64,000 nt of DNA, taken from NCBI GenBank assembly GCA_023258955.1, contig JAHFRE010000003.1:1952-65951 (forward strand), given 5' to 3'. The DNA comes from Sterolibacterium sp. (lineage in GTDB: Bacteria; Pseudomonadota; Gammaproteobacteria; Burkholderiales; Rhodocyclaceae). A program made the translations under genes and the position numbers. Below, piece after piece: positions 54,550 through 63,161 of this stretch (the stretch's first letter is position 1; every line of letters starts with the position of its first letter). The notes under the pieces were generated by a model. The model was not told the origin of the DNA. It was given only the letters and a program-made list of their open reading frames with translations, and did not search any database.

Positions 54550-55050
54550 TCAAGCAGCCGCCGGCCGAGCCCGTATAGACTGCAGACAGTCCTCCAGACC
54601 GCCCTCGACGATATGGGCAGGTACCGCCACCATCAGATTGCAGGGCAGATTGAAGTTCTCGATGAGCATGCCGTGGCGGTCGGCAAGCTGGCCACCGAGG
54701 ACTGCCGACGCATCACGCCTTTCCTCAGCGATTTCGACGCGCTTGGCCACTACACCAAGGCGCGTAACATAACCGCAAATCTTCTTGCCAAGTGCCAGGG
54801 CATAGCCCAACTCGAATGCGGTTCCTGAATCTGGCTCTGCGCCGCGAAAGGGATCGAGGTTGGCGACGAAAATCTGCGTTTTGCGGATCATGTCGATGTT
54901 TGCGTGGAAGATCCGTTCCGGATCCGTCTCGCCAGGACCGATTGGTATCAATGGGTCAAATCCGTAGCGCCGGCATAGCTCCTGGGCCGACTCCGACCAA
55001 GCCTCAAAGTCAGGGCGAAAGACATCGGGGCCAGCGAGGTAGATCTTCAT
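54550..55050 (-). CDS. Nucleoside 2-deoxyribosyltransferase-like protein
   Basis: MKIYLAGP.VF.......................I.......ANL.PFRG.EPDSGTAFELGYA matches the family pattern. Confidence 0.75.
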   Translation of the reverse strand: MKIYLAGPDVFRPDFEAWSESAQELCRRYGFDPLIPIGPGETDPERIFHANIDMIRKTQIFVANLDPFRGAEPDSGTAFELGYALALGKKICGYVTRLGVVAKRVEIAEERRDASAVLGGQLADRHGMLIENFNLPCNLMVAVPAHIVEGGLEDCLQSIRARPAAA

Positions 55051-55080
55051 GGTGAGGATGGTGATTATCTCTTGCTGCGA

Positions 55081-55278
55081 TTATCGGTGAATTGGCACGC
55101 GACTGTCGTCTGCTCTTAAGGGGTCCAATAGAGACGACAACCCGTTGTGATCCATTTCCTGCATCAGCGCTAGCAGGCGTCCTATTTCCCCAGACGGGAA
55201 TCCCTTACGAGCAAACCAGTTGAGGTAGTTGCCAGGTAGATTGGCGATCACGCGTCCCATATACTTGCCGTACGGCAT
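55081..55278 (-). CDS. DUF3820-like small protein
   Basis: MPYGKYMGRVIANLPGNYLNWFARKGFPSGEIGRLLAL matches my memory of DUF3820. Confidence 0.6.
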   Translation of the reverse strand: MPYGKYMGRVIANLPGNYLNWFARKGFPSGEIGRLLALMQEMDHNGLSSLLDPLRADDSRVPIHR

Positions 55279-55430
55279 GAGCGTGTGACCAGCAGTTCGA
55301 GATCGGTGGGTTCCACGCTGACACGTTATACTTTACGCGAGAGAATATCCAATCCAACGCATTCGGATATAGGGTGATGTCTCTTGCGTTTCCATGCTGA
55401 CGTTGCGACCAATTTTAAGCGAGTCGTACA

Positions 55431-55679
55431 ATGGTAGATGATTTCGAGCCCTCGGCCGACGAAAACGACCGCGCAAGCAATGCGGAGTACACCCACAACC
55501 AGGATGCGTTGGATCGCATTCGAGCGTTGGCAAAGCCGGAGACTCACCCGGATTTTGATGGGCGTCATTGCGTTGAGTGCGGCGAGCCGGTACTGAAGGC
55601 CAGGCTGGCCCTCGGCAAGGTCAGGTGCGTAATCTGCCAGGCTCGAATCGAGCGCCAATCCATTGGACGCCGTGTTTAA
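55431..55679 (+). CDS. TraR/DksA-family C4 zinc finger protein
   Basis: CVECGEPV...x15...CVICQ, typical of phage TraR. Confidence 0.75.
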   Translation: MVDDFEPSADENDRASNAEYTHNQDALDRIRALAKPETHPDFDGRHCVECGEPVLKARLALGKVRCVICQARIERQSIGRRV

Positions 55680-55710
55680 TCCAGAAACTGCTGCGTGCCT
55701 CGGCCAAAAT

Positions 55711-55983
55711 ATGAGTTTTGCTCGCTCTACTCGTGCAACAGCTGCCGTAGCCCGGCTAAATTCGCGGAGCGAAGGGCGGAACTATAGGCTGATTCTCATG
55801 AGCACTGGTCAATTCAAGCTATCTGAGCGGAGCGAGAGCTGCGACAAACAGATAGGTGATGTCCTACCTCTAGATGACTTTGTGCGCTACGTAGATTCCT
55901 TGGCGCCGCCACCAGAACCCCGTGTTACAAAGAGCGAGGCGGCTTTCGCAAAGCAGTTGGTCAAGAAGGGCAGGACGCAATGA
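55711..55983 (+). CDS. Hypothetical protein
   Basis: ATG at 55711; stop overlaps the next start (ATGA). Confidence 0.4.
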   Translation: MSFARSTRATAAVARLNSRSEGRNYRLILMSTGQFKLSERSESCDKQIGDVLPLDDFVRYVDSLAPPPEPRVTKSEAAFAKQLVKKGRTQ

Positions 55984-56348
55984 ACTTTTCCGATGTTCTG
56001 AAGGCGCTGAATTGCGTCTCAGCCTTCGAACTCTACCGAATGCGCGCTGCGATCGACCGTGTCCTGGATGAGCCACGTTGGATTCTGGCGGTTCGGTCAC
56101 ACCTGGCGGGACACCGGGACATCGTTGGCCTTTATGGTGATTACTTCAATTGGGAATTATCGGCAGTTGTTTCGAGCGAGAGCGGACTCTTGATCCATGA
56201 CGCCCCGGGTGCCACCAAGGCGGAGGCAGCCAAAACGTTCATTGCCTCGTCGCTCGGCATCGAAGCTCAGGTGGAGCAGGCTTGGCCGCTGGTGGGGCCG
56301 CTCTTTAACGCGTTGGTTGCGTTGGTAAAGGAGCCGAAGACAGCATGA
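55980..56348 (+). CDS. Chimeric ORF: unrelated N-terminus fused to a holin-like C-terminal fragment (probable deletion junction)
   Basis: Residues 70-122 repeat the C-terminus of the 51791..52042 product. Residues 1-69 have no counterpart there and lack the TM helix. Confidence 0.5.
   Translation: MNFSDVLKALNCVSAFELYRMRAAIDRVLDEPRWILAVRSHLAGHRDIVGLYGDYFNWELSAVVSSESGLLIHDAPGATKAEAAKTFIASSLGIEAQVEQAWPLVGPLFNALVALVKEPKTA
56187..56348 (+). repeat. Copy 2 of the diverged 162-nt repeat
   Basis: Same alignment as copy 1. Nucleotide similarity continues for roughly 25 nt past both stop codons. Confidence 0.9.
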
Positions 56349-56399
56349 TTGGTAGTTCGGGCAGCTATCTTGCTCAGGACGTGGTCGCTAGATAACTCA

Positions 56400-57010
56400 G
56401 TGAGGTAAGCCCCCGGCTGTGCCGGGGGACTCACCAAGGTTTGACCTATACGGCGGTCATTGTGAATCTTCAGTCTCGACCAAGAGACGGAGATACACGA
56501 TGAAAGAGTACCAGAGTTTGAGCCACACGAGATGGGACTGTAAGTACCACGTGGTTTTCATTCCGAAGAAGCGGAAGAAGAAGATATTCGAGGGACTGCG
56601 GCGGTATCTTGGAGAAATATTCCGGGAATTGGCGAAGTAAAAGGATTCGCAGGTTGTCGAGGGTCACCTGATGTCGGACCATGTTCACATGTGCCTGAGC
56701 ATTCCACCGAAGTATGCAGTATCGAATGTGGTGGGGTACATCAAGGGCAAAAGTGCGATTGCAATAGCGCGGCATTTTGGAGGCCGGGAACGGAATTTCA
56801 CGGGAGAGGTTTTCTGGGCCCGCGGGTATTTCGTCTCGACGGTGGGACTGGATGAAACGATGGTCAGAGAGTACATCCGCAACCAGCAGCACGAAGATGA
56901 ACGATACGACCAAATGAAACTGGGCATGTAGCCGCCTTGGGCGGCTCATGGTTTGCCAGCGCCTTTGAGGCGCTCAACTGATAGGCCCCCGGCTTTGCCG
57001 GGGGTCATTT
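56400..57010 (+). mobile_element. IS200/IS605-family insertion sequence (IS200-type, tnpA only); ends approximate
   Basis: Y1 transposase ORF flanked by near-identical subterminal hairpins: CCCCCGGC-TGT-GCCGGGGG (56410..56428) and CCCCCGGC-TTT-GCCGGGGG (56986..57004). Confidence 0.8.
56500..56931 (+). pseudogene. tnpA: IS200-type Y1 transposase interrupted by an in-frame TAA
   Basis: MKEYQSLSHTRWDCKYHVVFIPKKR...ELAK-TAA(56638..56640)-KDSQVVEGHLMSDHVHMCLSIPPKY...YIRNQ. Both halves are in the same frame. The HUH (HVH) and catalytic Tyr regions lie after the stop. Confidence 0.85.
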
Positions 57011-57177
57011 AACTTAACCATTCTTCCGAATTATAGTTAAGCAGGCGTCGGCAACCATCAGAGTTCTGATTTTGGCCAGAAATGCCAGCCAACTGATCGG
57101 AATATTGTGTGCTTGGCACGATGCCCGGGTCGACACTCAGACAATATTGGGTTCTCTCACTGACGTGAACTACAATC

Positions 57178-58620
57178 TCATGCGTTCGAGCGTCCACTAC
57201 GCCATGCTGGATATATTGCTAGCAAAAAAATCACAGATAGTGCAAAGAAACTGTTACTGAAAGGTGCAGCTTGTGCGGTTCCAACCGTATGCTCAAACTG
57301 CGCCTCGCGTGCGCTCATCCAGTCAAGAAATATCGAAAGCGCATTGACCCCGATCGCGCCACCAACTTGACGGAAAAAGCTTATCGCTCCGGCCGCCTGG
57401 ACGAATTGATCAGAAGGCACAACCTTTAATGCGCCTATGGTCATAGCCGGGACGGTAAGCCCTAATCCAAAATGACCGATCACAACGAAGGCGGCCATGG
57501 TAAAGAAAGAGGTGTCCTTCCCTGTCGTGGCAAGGAGCAGAAACGATATAACTAGAAGCCCTAATCCCACGATCATAAGTCGAGATGTGGGAAAGTAATC
57601 GGGCAAACGGCCACCCATGGTAATACTTAGCGCCAACGCGATTCCAGCAGGAATTAGCAATACGCCGGATTTGCCAGCATCATAATGCGCGACACTCTGC
57701 ACATATAGTGGAATCAGGTAGGTAGATCCGAATTGTCCAAGTCCATAGGCAAAGGCAACGAGTGTCGTGGCGACGAATCGTTTATTGCGCAGCAATTGAA
57801 GATTAATCAGAGGGTGGTCTAGCTTTGCTTCAATGAGAACGAAACTGCCAGCCAGACAAAGTGTCACGGCAAGTCTAACGAGGAAGTTGAGAGACAGCCA
57901 GCCTTCGCGGTGGCCAACGACAAAACCGACCAGGAGGCTAGCCAAGGAAAGGGAGAGGAGGACGAAACCAAGCCAATCGAATGGCGAGCGGGGCTCTGGT
58001 GACTCATCCTTTGGCAAATAGACACTGCTTAACCAGATGCTTATCAAACATACCGGAACCGATACAAAGAATATTGCACGCCAGCTAAATAGAGTTACAA
58101 GATAGCCTCCAAGTGCCGGTCCAAGAGCCGGCGCAAGTACCACACCCAACCCATATACGGCCATTGCTTTGCCACGATCGGCCACGGGAAAGGCACGGTA
58201 GACTGAAACGAGTGCTAGGGGCTGAATTAACCCGGCAATGGCTCCCTGGAGGGTGCGGGCAAGAATTAACAAGGCAGTACTGTTGGCAAACCCGCCAAGC
58301 ATGGAAGAGACAACAAAGAGGCTAAGTGCTGCAATGTAGACCCTGCGTTGCCCGAAACTTCGATCCATCCATGGCGCCAAGAGAATCGTGGCCGACATTC
58401 CGCCTAGAAAACCGGTGGACAACCACTGCGCCGAATCTTGCGTCATAGAGAAATGGCGCATGATTGTCGGGATTGCCACATTGATGATTGTTGTCTCGAC
58501 AATCATGGCCCAGACAGCCAGCATAACAGCCAGCATCGCCAACCAAGGCCCCGGCGTGGCCGAACCTGGGCTCGCGTGAAGTGGCGGTGTTGGTGCGCGA
58601 GAACTTACTTCATAGTCCAT
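57178..58620 (-). CDS. MFS transporter, DHA2 (EmrB/QacA-like, 14-TMS) type
   Basis: VAIPTIMRHF......W..TGF motif and many hydrophobic helices over 480 aa. Confidence 0.85.
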   Translation of the reverse strand: MDYEVSSRAPTPPLHASPGSATPGPWLAMLAVMLAVWAMIVETTIINVAIPTIMRHFSMTQDSAQWLSTGFLGGMSATILLAPWMDRSFGQRRVYIAALSLFVVSSMLGGFANSTALLILARTLQGAIAGLIQPLALVSVYRAFPVADRGKAMAVYGLGVVLAPALGPALGGYLVTLFSWRAIFFVSVPVCLISIWLSSVYLPKDESPEPRSPFDWLGFVLLSLSLASLLVGFVVGHREGWLSLNFLVRLAVTLCLAGSFVLIEAKLDHPLINLQLLRNKRFVATTLVAFAYGLGQFGSTYLIPLYVQSVAHYDAGKSGVLLIPAGIALALSITMGGRLPDYFPTSRLMIVGLGLLVISFLLLATTGKDTSFFTMAAFVVIGHFGLGLTVPAMTIGALKVVPSDQFVQAAGAISFFRQVGGAIGVNALSIFLDWMSAREAQFEHTVGTAQAAPFSNSFFALSVIFLLAIYPAWRSGRSNA

Positions 58621-59179
58621 GGAGCCAGCGAAATGGAGTGGTGAGAAAGAAGATTGCGTGGGACGCCGCAGGCTATTCGATGCTCAATTAACAATGGGCA
58701 ATGCCGCCTTTGAATGCGCTAACTCATTGAGCACGAATGTCAAGCACGCTGCGTAGACATCCTAATCCTTGTAGCAGTCGGCGGAATTGTTCTTGCGCAG
58801 CCAGCTGATATGTCCTCCTGCTTTGGTTAGCAAGTGCCTATTTCGTGTTTCTTGGCTCTATGAACGATTGAGGGGTTGACCGTCTTGGCGATTATACAGC
58901 ATAATCAAAAAATCATATCACAAAGAAACCATGATGGGAGGCAACCGATGAAAGTGGAACAGCGAACAGGAAGGTCACGCATTGGAGGCGACGACGTGCC
59001 CAGGCCTTGCCACTTTCTATTGCCGGTTGCTTCAGGTGGGTCTGGATTGATAGTTAAGTCAACGATGCTGGATCGCCGTTGGCCGTGGCAGATTGAGAGT
59101 GGGACCGCGGCGCATGAAATGCCGCGCCTTCGAGCGCAATGTGGTAGATCCAGCGCTTCATTGATCGTGAACTCAGCGG

Positions 59180-60544
59180 ATGTCTGTCGCTGAATATGGG
59201 CGAATATCGCTGATGAGAAATACAGCTGAAGGACTCATCAGTCCTACTAACAGCACAGAAGACAAATATAGTGCGGACCCTTATCGCCAATACTTCACTG
59301 TGCGACAGCAAGTAATCATTGTAATTGGCATCGCAATTGGACTTTCGGTAGGGTTTGGACCGATGTTCTTGGCTGTGTCGGGAATCGTTCTGAAGCCGAT
59401 GGCAAGTTCATTCAGTTGGAGTCGAGCGGATGTTGCAATCTTACCAATGGTGGGAATGTTGGGCGTAGCAATCGGTGCGCCATTCATTGGCTATGTTGCT
59501 GACCGGAAAGGATGGAGAAAGGTCACAGGCGTGTCAATCGTACTCTTTCCCATCGGATTGCTTGCGCTGGCCGCTGCTCCGCCGAGCCATGCGTACATTA
59601 TTGCGATCGCGCTACTAACAGGACTTGCTGGCGCATCAACTACTGCAGCAGGATACGTTGCTGTACTCGCGCGAGTATTTGACGCGCGACTCGGTATGGC
59701 GATGGGATTCGCTATGATTGGAATTGGCGTCGGAACGTCTGCTATGCCGATAATCGCGGGAAAGTTGCTCCAATACATGAATTGGCGGGAGGCATATGTA
59801 TGTTTCAGTGGAATCTCGCTACTGATGGGAGTAATTGCACACAGAACGATCTTCGGCATTCTGCCAGCGGGTCATGCCAAAGTTGTTGCAACGACGCGCC
59901 AAACTATATCGTTTGCCAAGGGCACGGAAGGATTGCATGCCGGATGTTCTTTGGGCCAAGCCGTCAGGAGCTATCGGTTTTGGTTGATTGGCGTCGTTGT
60001 GGTCATAATTTTTGGTTCAACTTTGGGCGCGTCTGTTCACATGGCGTCATTTGCTAGTGATCGTGGGATAAGTCCAATGATTGCAGCGCAGTCCGCCGGA
60101 TTGATCGGTGTTGGGGTGGCGTTTGCGCGAATTGGTGTTGGTTTTGTATTAGATAGATTCTTCGCGCCTCTTGTTGCTCTATCAGCATTTCTTCTTGGGG
60201 CCGGCGGGCTATTCCTTCTCACGACAGAATATGTCCAGTCAGCATGGATTCTTTCGTTGGCAGCAGTTCTTATTGGAATTGCGAGTGGGGCAGAAGGTGA
60301 CCTTCTGCCATTCCTGACCAAGAAGTACTTTGGTATCAAGGCATTTGGGAGCATTTATGGTGCCCTCTTCGCCATCGCGACAATTGGTGGTGCTGCGGGC
60401 CCGTATCTTTACGGAATGTCCTTTGACCGTTTTCGTTCGTATATTCCCATTTATGAAGGTTCAGCATTTCTCTGCAGCGTCTGTGGCTTTTCGATATTGA
60501 TGCTTGGTCGTTACAAGTATGCTTCAGTGAAGGCTGGACGATAG
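59180..60544 (+). CDS. MFS transporter (12-TMS type); start uncertain
   Basis: GYVADRKGWRK loop motif and repeated TM helices. Alternative ATG at 59213. Confidence 0.8.
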   Translation: MSVAEYGRISLMRNTAEGLISPTNSTEDKYSADPYRQYFTVRQQVIIVIGIAIGLSVGFGPMFLAVSGIVLKPMASSFSWSRADVAILPMVGMLGVAIGAPFIGYVADRKGWRKVTGVSIVLFPIGLLALAAAPPSHAYIIAIALLTGLAGASTTAAGYVAVLARVFDARLGMAMGFAMIGIGVGTSAMPIIAGKLLQYMNWREAYVCFSGISLLMGVIAHRTIFGILPAGHAKVVATTRQTISFAKGTEGLHAGCSLGQAVRSYRFWLIGVVVVIIFGSTLGASVHMASFASDRGISPMIAAQSAGLIGVGVAFARIGVGFVLDRFFAPLVALSAFLLGAGGLFLLTTEYVQSAWILSLAAVLIGIASGAEGDLLPFLTKKYFGIKAFGSIYGALFAIATIGGAAGPYLYGMSFDRFRSYIPIYEGSAFLCSVCGFSILMLGRYKYASVKAGR

Positions 60545-60652
60545 CTTCTGGCTGCTTAGACATTGGGAAGCATTAGGGTGGGAAGGTGGGAGACGAGCGA
60601 GTCGGTCTTTCGGATGATTTGGCGTTGGTGATTGGAGGGGAATAAATAGATC

Positions 60653-61282
60653 GTGGACTACGCTCAGCAGCAAAGAAATCCAGGCAAACACCTGATCGGC
60701 ATCACCTTCGTGATCGTGTTCCACGTCACGCTGGTCTATGCGCTGGTCAACGGTCTGGCGCACAAGATCGTCGAGATCGTCAGGAAACCCTACGAGACCA
60801 AGCTGATCGAGGAGGCGAAGAAGCCGCCGCCAGACAAGGCCCCGCCGCCGCCGCCCAAGCTCGCGCCGCCGCCGCCGGCCTACATCCCGCCGGTGGAGGT
60901 GAACATCTCGGTCGCCGCCCCTGCCGCCAACACCATCAGCGTCACCACCAGCGCGAGACCCGTGGCGGCACCGCCGCCGGTGGCGGCGGCAAGACACGTC
61001 GAGCGCACCGCCCCGGTGATCGACGCCGCCCGCTCCTGCCAGCAACCGGAGTATCCGGCGGCGGCAAGACGCAACGAAGAGACGGGGACGGTGACCCTGA
61101 GGTTCCTGATCGGGGTCGATGGGCGGGTGGCCGAGAGCAAGATCGAAACCTCGAGCGGTTATCCGCGGCTCGACGAGGCGGCGCGACGGGCGCTCTCCCT
61201 GTGCCAGTTCAAGGCGGGGACGGTCGACGGCAAGCCCGAGACCTCCTGGGCGCGGCTGCAGTACGTGTGGAAGCTCGAATAG
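60653..61282 (+). CDS. tonB: TonB energy transducer
   Basis: N-terminal TM helix, Pro-rich spacer (PPPDKAPPPPPKLAPPPPAYIPP), and C-terminal YPAAARRNEETGTVTLRFLIGVDGRV domain. Confidence 0.85.
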   Translation: MDYAQQQRNPGKHLIGITFVIVFHVTLVYALVNGLAHKIVEIVRKPYETKLIEEAKKPPPDKAPPPPPKLAPPPPAYIPPVEVNISVAAPAANTISVTTSARPVAAPPPVAAARHVERTAPVIDAARSCQQPEYPAAARRNEETGTVTLRFLIGVDGRVAESKIETSSGYPRLDEAARRALSLCQFKAGTVDGKPETSWARLQYVWKLE

Positions 61283-61360
61283 CCGGCGCCCATCGATAAC
61301 ACCGAAACAACACTCACGCAATCACAGCAACGCACTCAAACGAAGCTAGGAGATGGAAAG

Positions 61361-62218
61361 ATGGGAACACTGAACAAAGGATGGCTGGCCCTGGCCGGCG
61401 CCGCCCTGATCGGGGCGATTGCCCTGACGAGCCTGCCGGTCGTCGCCGCCGACGAGCCAGCGCCTGCGGCCGCAGCGGCCGGCGACGCCGCCAAGGTGAC
61501 ACCGATCGCCTCGGGTCTGCCGGAGCTGAAGAAGGAAGAAGTGAAGAAGGACGTCGAGAAGATCGACAACCCCTATGGTCTCGACGCCCTGTGGAAGACC
61601 GGCGACTTCGTCGCCAAGGGCACGCTGATCATCCTGGTGATCATGTCCATGGGCAGCTGGTACATCATCGTCACCAAGTTCTACGAACAGCTGAAGATGT
61701 TCTCCCAGGCCAACGCCGCCAAGACCTCCTTCGACCAGGCCCGAAGCGTCCAGGAGGGGATCAACGCGCTGGAAGCGGGCAACGCCTTCCGCTACATCGC
61801 CGAAGCGGCGGTGGAGGCGGGAAGCCGGCACGAGGGGGCGATCGTGGCCAAGATCGACCAGCACACCTGGCTCACCATGCAGATCCAGCGGGCCACGGAG
61901 AGCGTGCAGAACCGGCTGCAGGACGGCCTGGCCTTCCTCGCCACGGTCGGCTCGACCGCCCCCTTCGTCGGCCTTTTTGGCACGGTCTGGGGCATCTACC
62001 ACGCGCTGACCGCCATCGGCATCGCCGGACAGGCCTCGATCGACAAGGTGGCCGGCCCCGTGGGCGAAGCGCTGATCATGACGGCCATCGGTCTGGCGGT
62101 GGCGGTGCCGGCGGTGCTGGGCTACAACTGGCTGGTGCGGCGCAACAAGGTGGCGATGGAGAAGATCCGCGGTTTCAGTGCGGATGTGCACGCCATCCTG
62201 ATGGGCGGCAAGGGCTAA
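61361..62218 (+). CDS. exbB: ExbB/MotA/TolQ-family proton channel
   Basis: LATVGSTAPFVGLFGTVWGI and PVGEALIMTAIGLAVAVPAV motifs. Confidence 0.9.
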   Translation: MGTLNKGWLALAGAALIGAIALTSLPVVAADEPAPAAAAAGDAAKVTPIASGLPELKKEEVKKDVEKIDNPYGLDALWKTGDFVAKGTLIILVIMSMGSWYIIVTKFYEQLKMFSQANAAKTSFDQARSVQEGINALEAGNAFRYIAEAAVEAGSRHEGAIVAKIDQHTWLTMQIQRATESVQNRLQDGLAFLATVGSTAPFVGLFGTVWGIYHALTAIGIAGQASIDKVAGPVGEALIMTAIGLAVAVPAVLGYNWLVRRNKVAMEKIRGFSADVHAILMGGKG

Positions 62219-62222
62219 TAGC

Positions 62223-62654
62223 ATGAGCATGACCGTAGGCACAGAGTCGAGCGACGAGGACGAGGTCGTCTCGTCGATCAACACCACGCCCCTGGTGGAC
62301 GTGATGTTGGTGCTGCTGATCATCTTCCTCATCACGATCCCGGTGGTGACCCAGTCGGTGCCGGTGGAGCTGCCCAAGGAAGAGAACGTGCCGACGGTGA
62401 CCAAGCCGGAGAACGTGCTCTTGTCGGTGAGCCGGGAGGGCGACGTGTATTGGAACACCAAGCTCATCACCGACAACGAGGACCTGGTGAACCGGCTGAA
62501 GAAGGTGTCGGTGCTCGACCCGCAGCCGGAGGTGCACATCCGCGGCGACATGGAAGCGCGCTACGAGGCGGTGGGCCGTGTGGTGTTCGCCTGCCAGCGG
62601 GCGGGGATCGTCAAGATCGGCTTCATCACCGAGCCGCCGGGCAGGGAGGGTTGA
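62223..62654 (+). CDS. exbD: ExbD/TolR biopolymer transport protein
   Basis: INTTPLVDVMLVLLIIFLIT motif. Confidence 0.9.
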   Translation: MSMTVGTESSDEDEVVSSINTTPLVDVMLVLLIIFLITIPVVTQSVPVELPKEENVPTVTKPENVLLSVSREGDVYWNTKLITDNEDLVNRLKKVSVLDPQPEVHIRGDMEARYEAVGRVVFACQRAGIVKIGFITEPPGREG

Positions 62655-62655
62655 G

Positions 62656-63087
62656 ATGTCGATGAACGTAGGTCCGAGCGGAGGCTCGGGGGATCCGGAA
62701 GTGATGGTGGAGATGAACACCACCCCCTTGATCGACGTGATGCTGGTGCTCTTGATCATGCTGATCATCACCATCCCGATCCAGACGCACGCGGTGAAGC
62801 TCAACATGCCGGTGGGCAACCCGCCGCCGCCGCTGAAGCCGCCGGAGATCGTCAGGATCGAGGTGGACTTCGACGGGACCGTCATCTGGGACGGGCAGGT
62901 GGTGCCGGATCGGCCGACGCTCGAAGGCAAGATGGCGACACTGGCCGCATTGCCCGATCAGCCGGAAGTGCATCTGCGACCGAACAAGCTGGTGCTCTAC
63001 AAATCGGTGGCGATGGTGATGGCCACGGCGCAGCGCCGCGGCGTGACCAAGATCGGCCTCGTCGGCAACGAACAATTTGTAAACTGA
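62656..63087 (+). CDS. exbD: Second ExbD/TolR paralogue
   Basis: MNTTPLIDVMLVLLIMLIIT motif; ATG at 62656. Confidence 0.9.
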   Translation: MSMNVGPSGGSGDPEVMVEMNTTPLIDVMLVLLIMLIITIPIQTHAVKLNMPVGNPPPPLKPPEIVRIEVDFDGTVIWDGQVVPDRPTLEGKMATLAALPDQPEVHLRPNKLVLYKSVAMVMATAQRRGVTKIGLVGNEQFVN

Positions 63088-63127
63088 GTGTGAACTGATT
63101 ATGAAGAGACAGAGAGGTCTCCTCCTT

Positions 63128-63154
63128 CGCGGTCGGATGTCGGCCGCGCTTTTT
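63128..63154 (+). terminator. Rho-independent terminator after the exbD operon
   Basis: CGCGGTCG-GATGT-CGGCCGCG (one G-U pair) followed by C TTTTT. Confidence 0.6.
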
Positions 63155-63161
63155 ATTCGAT

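Larger units (their letters stand above)
52069..56376. mobile_element. Lower-GC accessory block, probably the deleted remnant of a second, related prophage
   Basis: Contains a TraR/DksA-type gene and small phage-like ORFs. Ends in a chimeric ORF carrying the holin-like 3' repeat. Composition is visibly more AT-rich than the main prophage. Confidence 0.45.

Noticed and set aside
58876-59193. 105-codon ORF and a TTGACC-N18-CATAAT promoter-like sequence (58876..58905) between the two MFS genes
   Set aside because: The ORF has no family signal and poor codon bias. The promoter match is plausible but lies about 275 nt from the downstream start, and a single hexamer match is weak evidence.
60653-63087. 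tonB-exbB-exbD-exbD operon as something unusual
   Set aside because: This is an ordinary energy-transduction operon with two ExbD paralogues. It is only notable as the first clearly core-genome-like segment to the right of the island.
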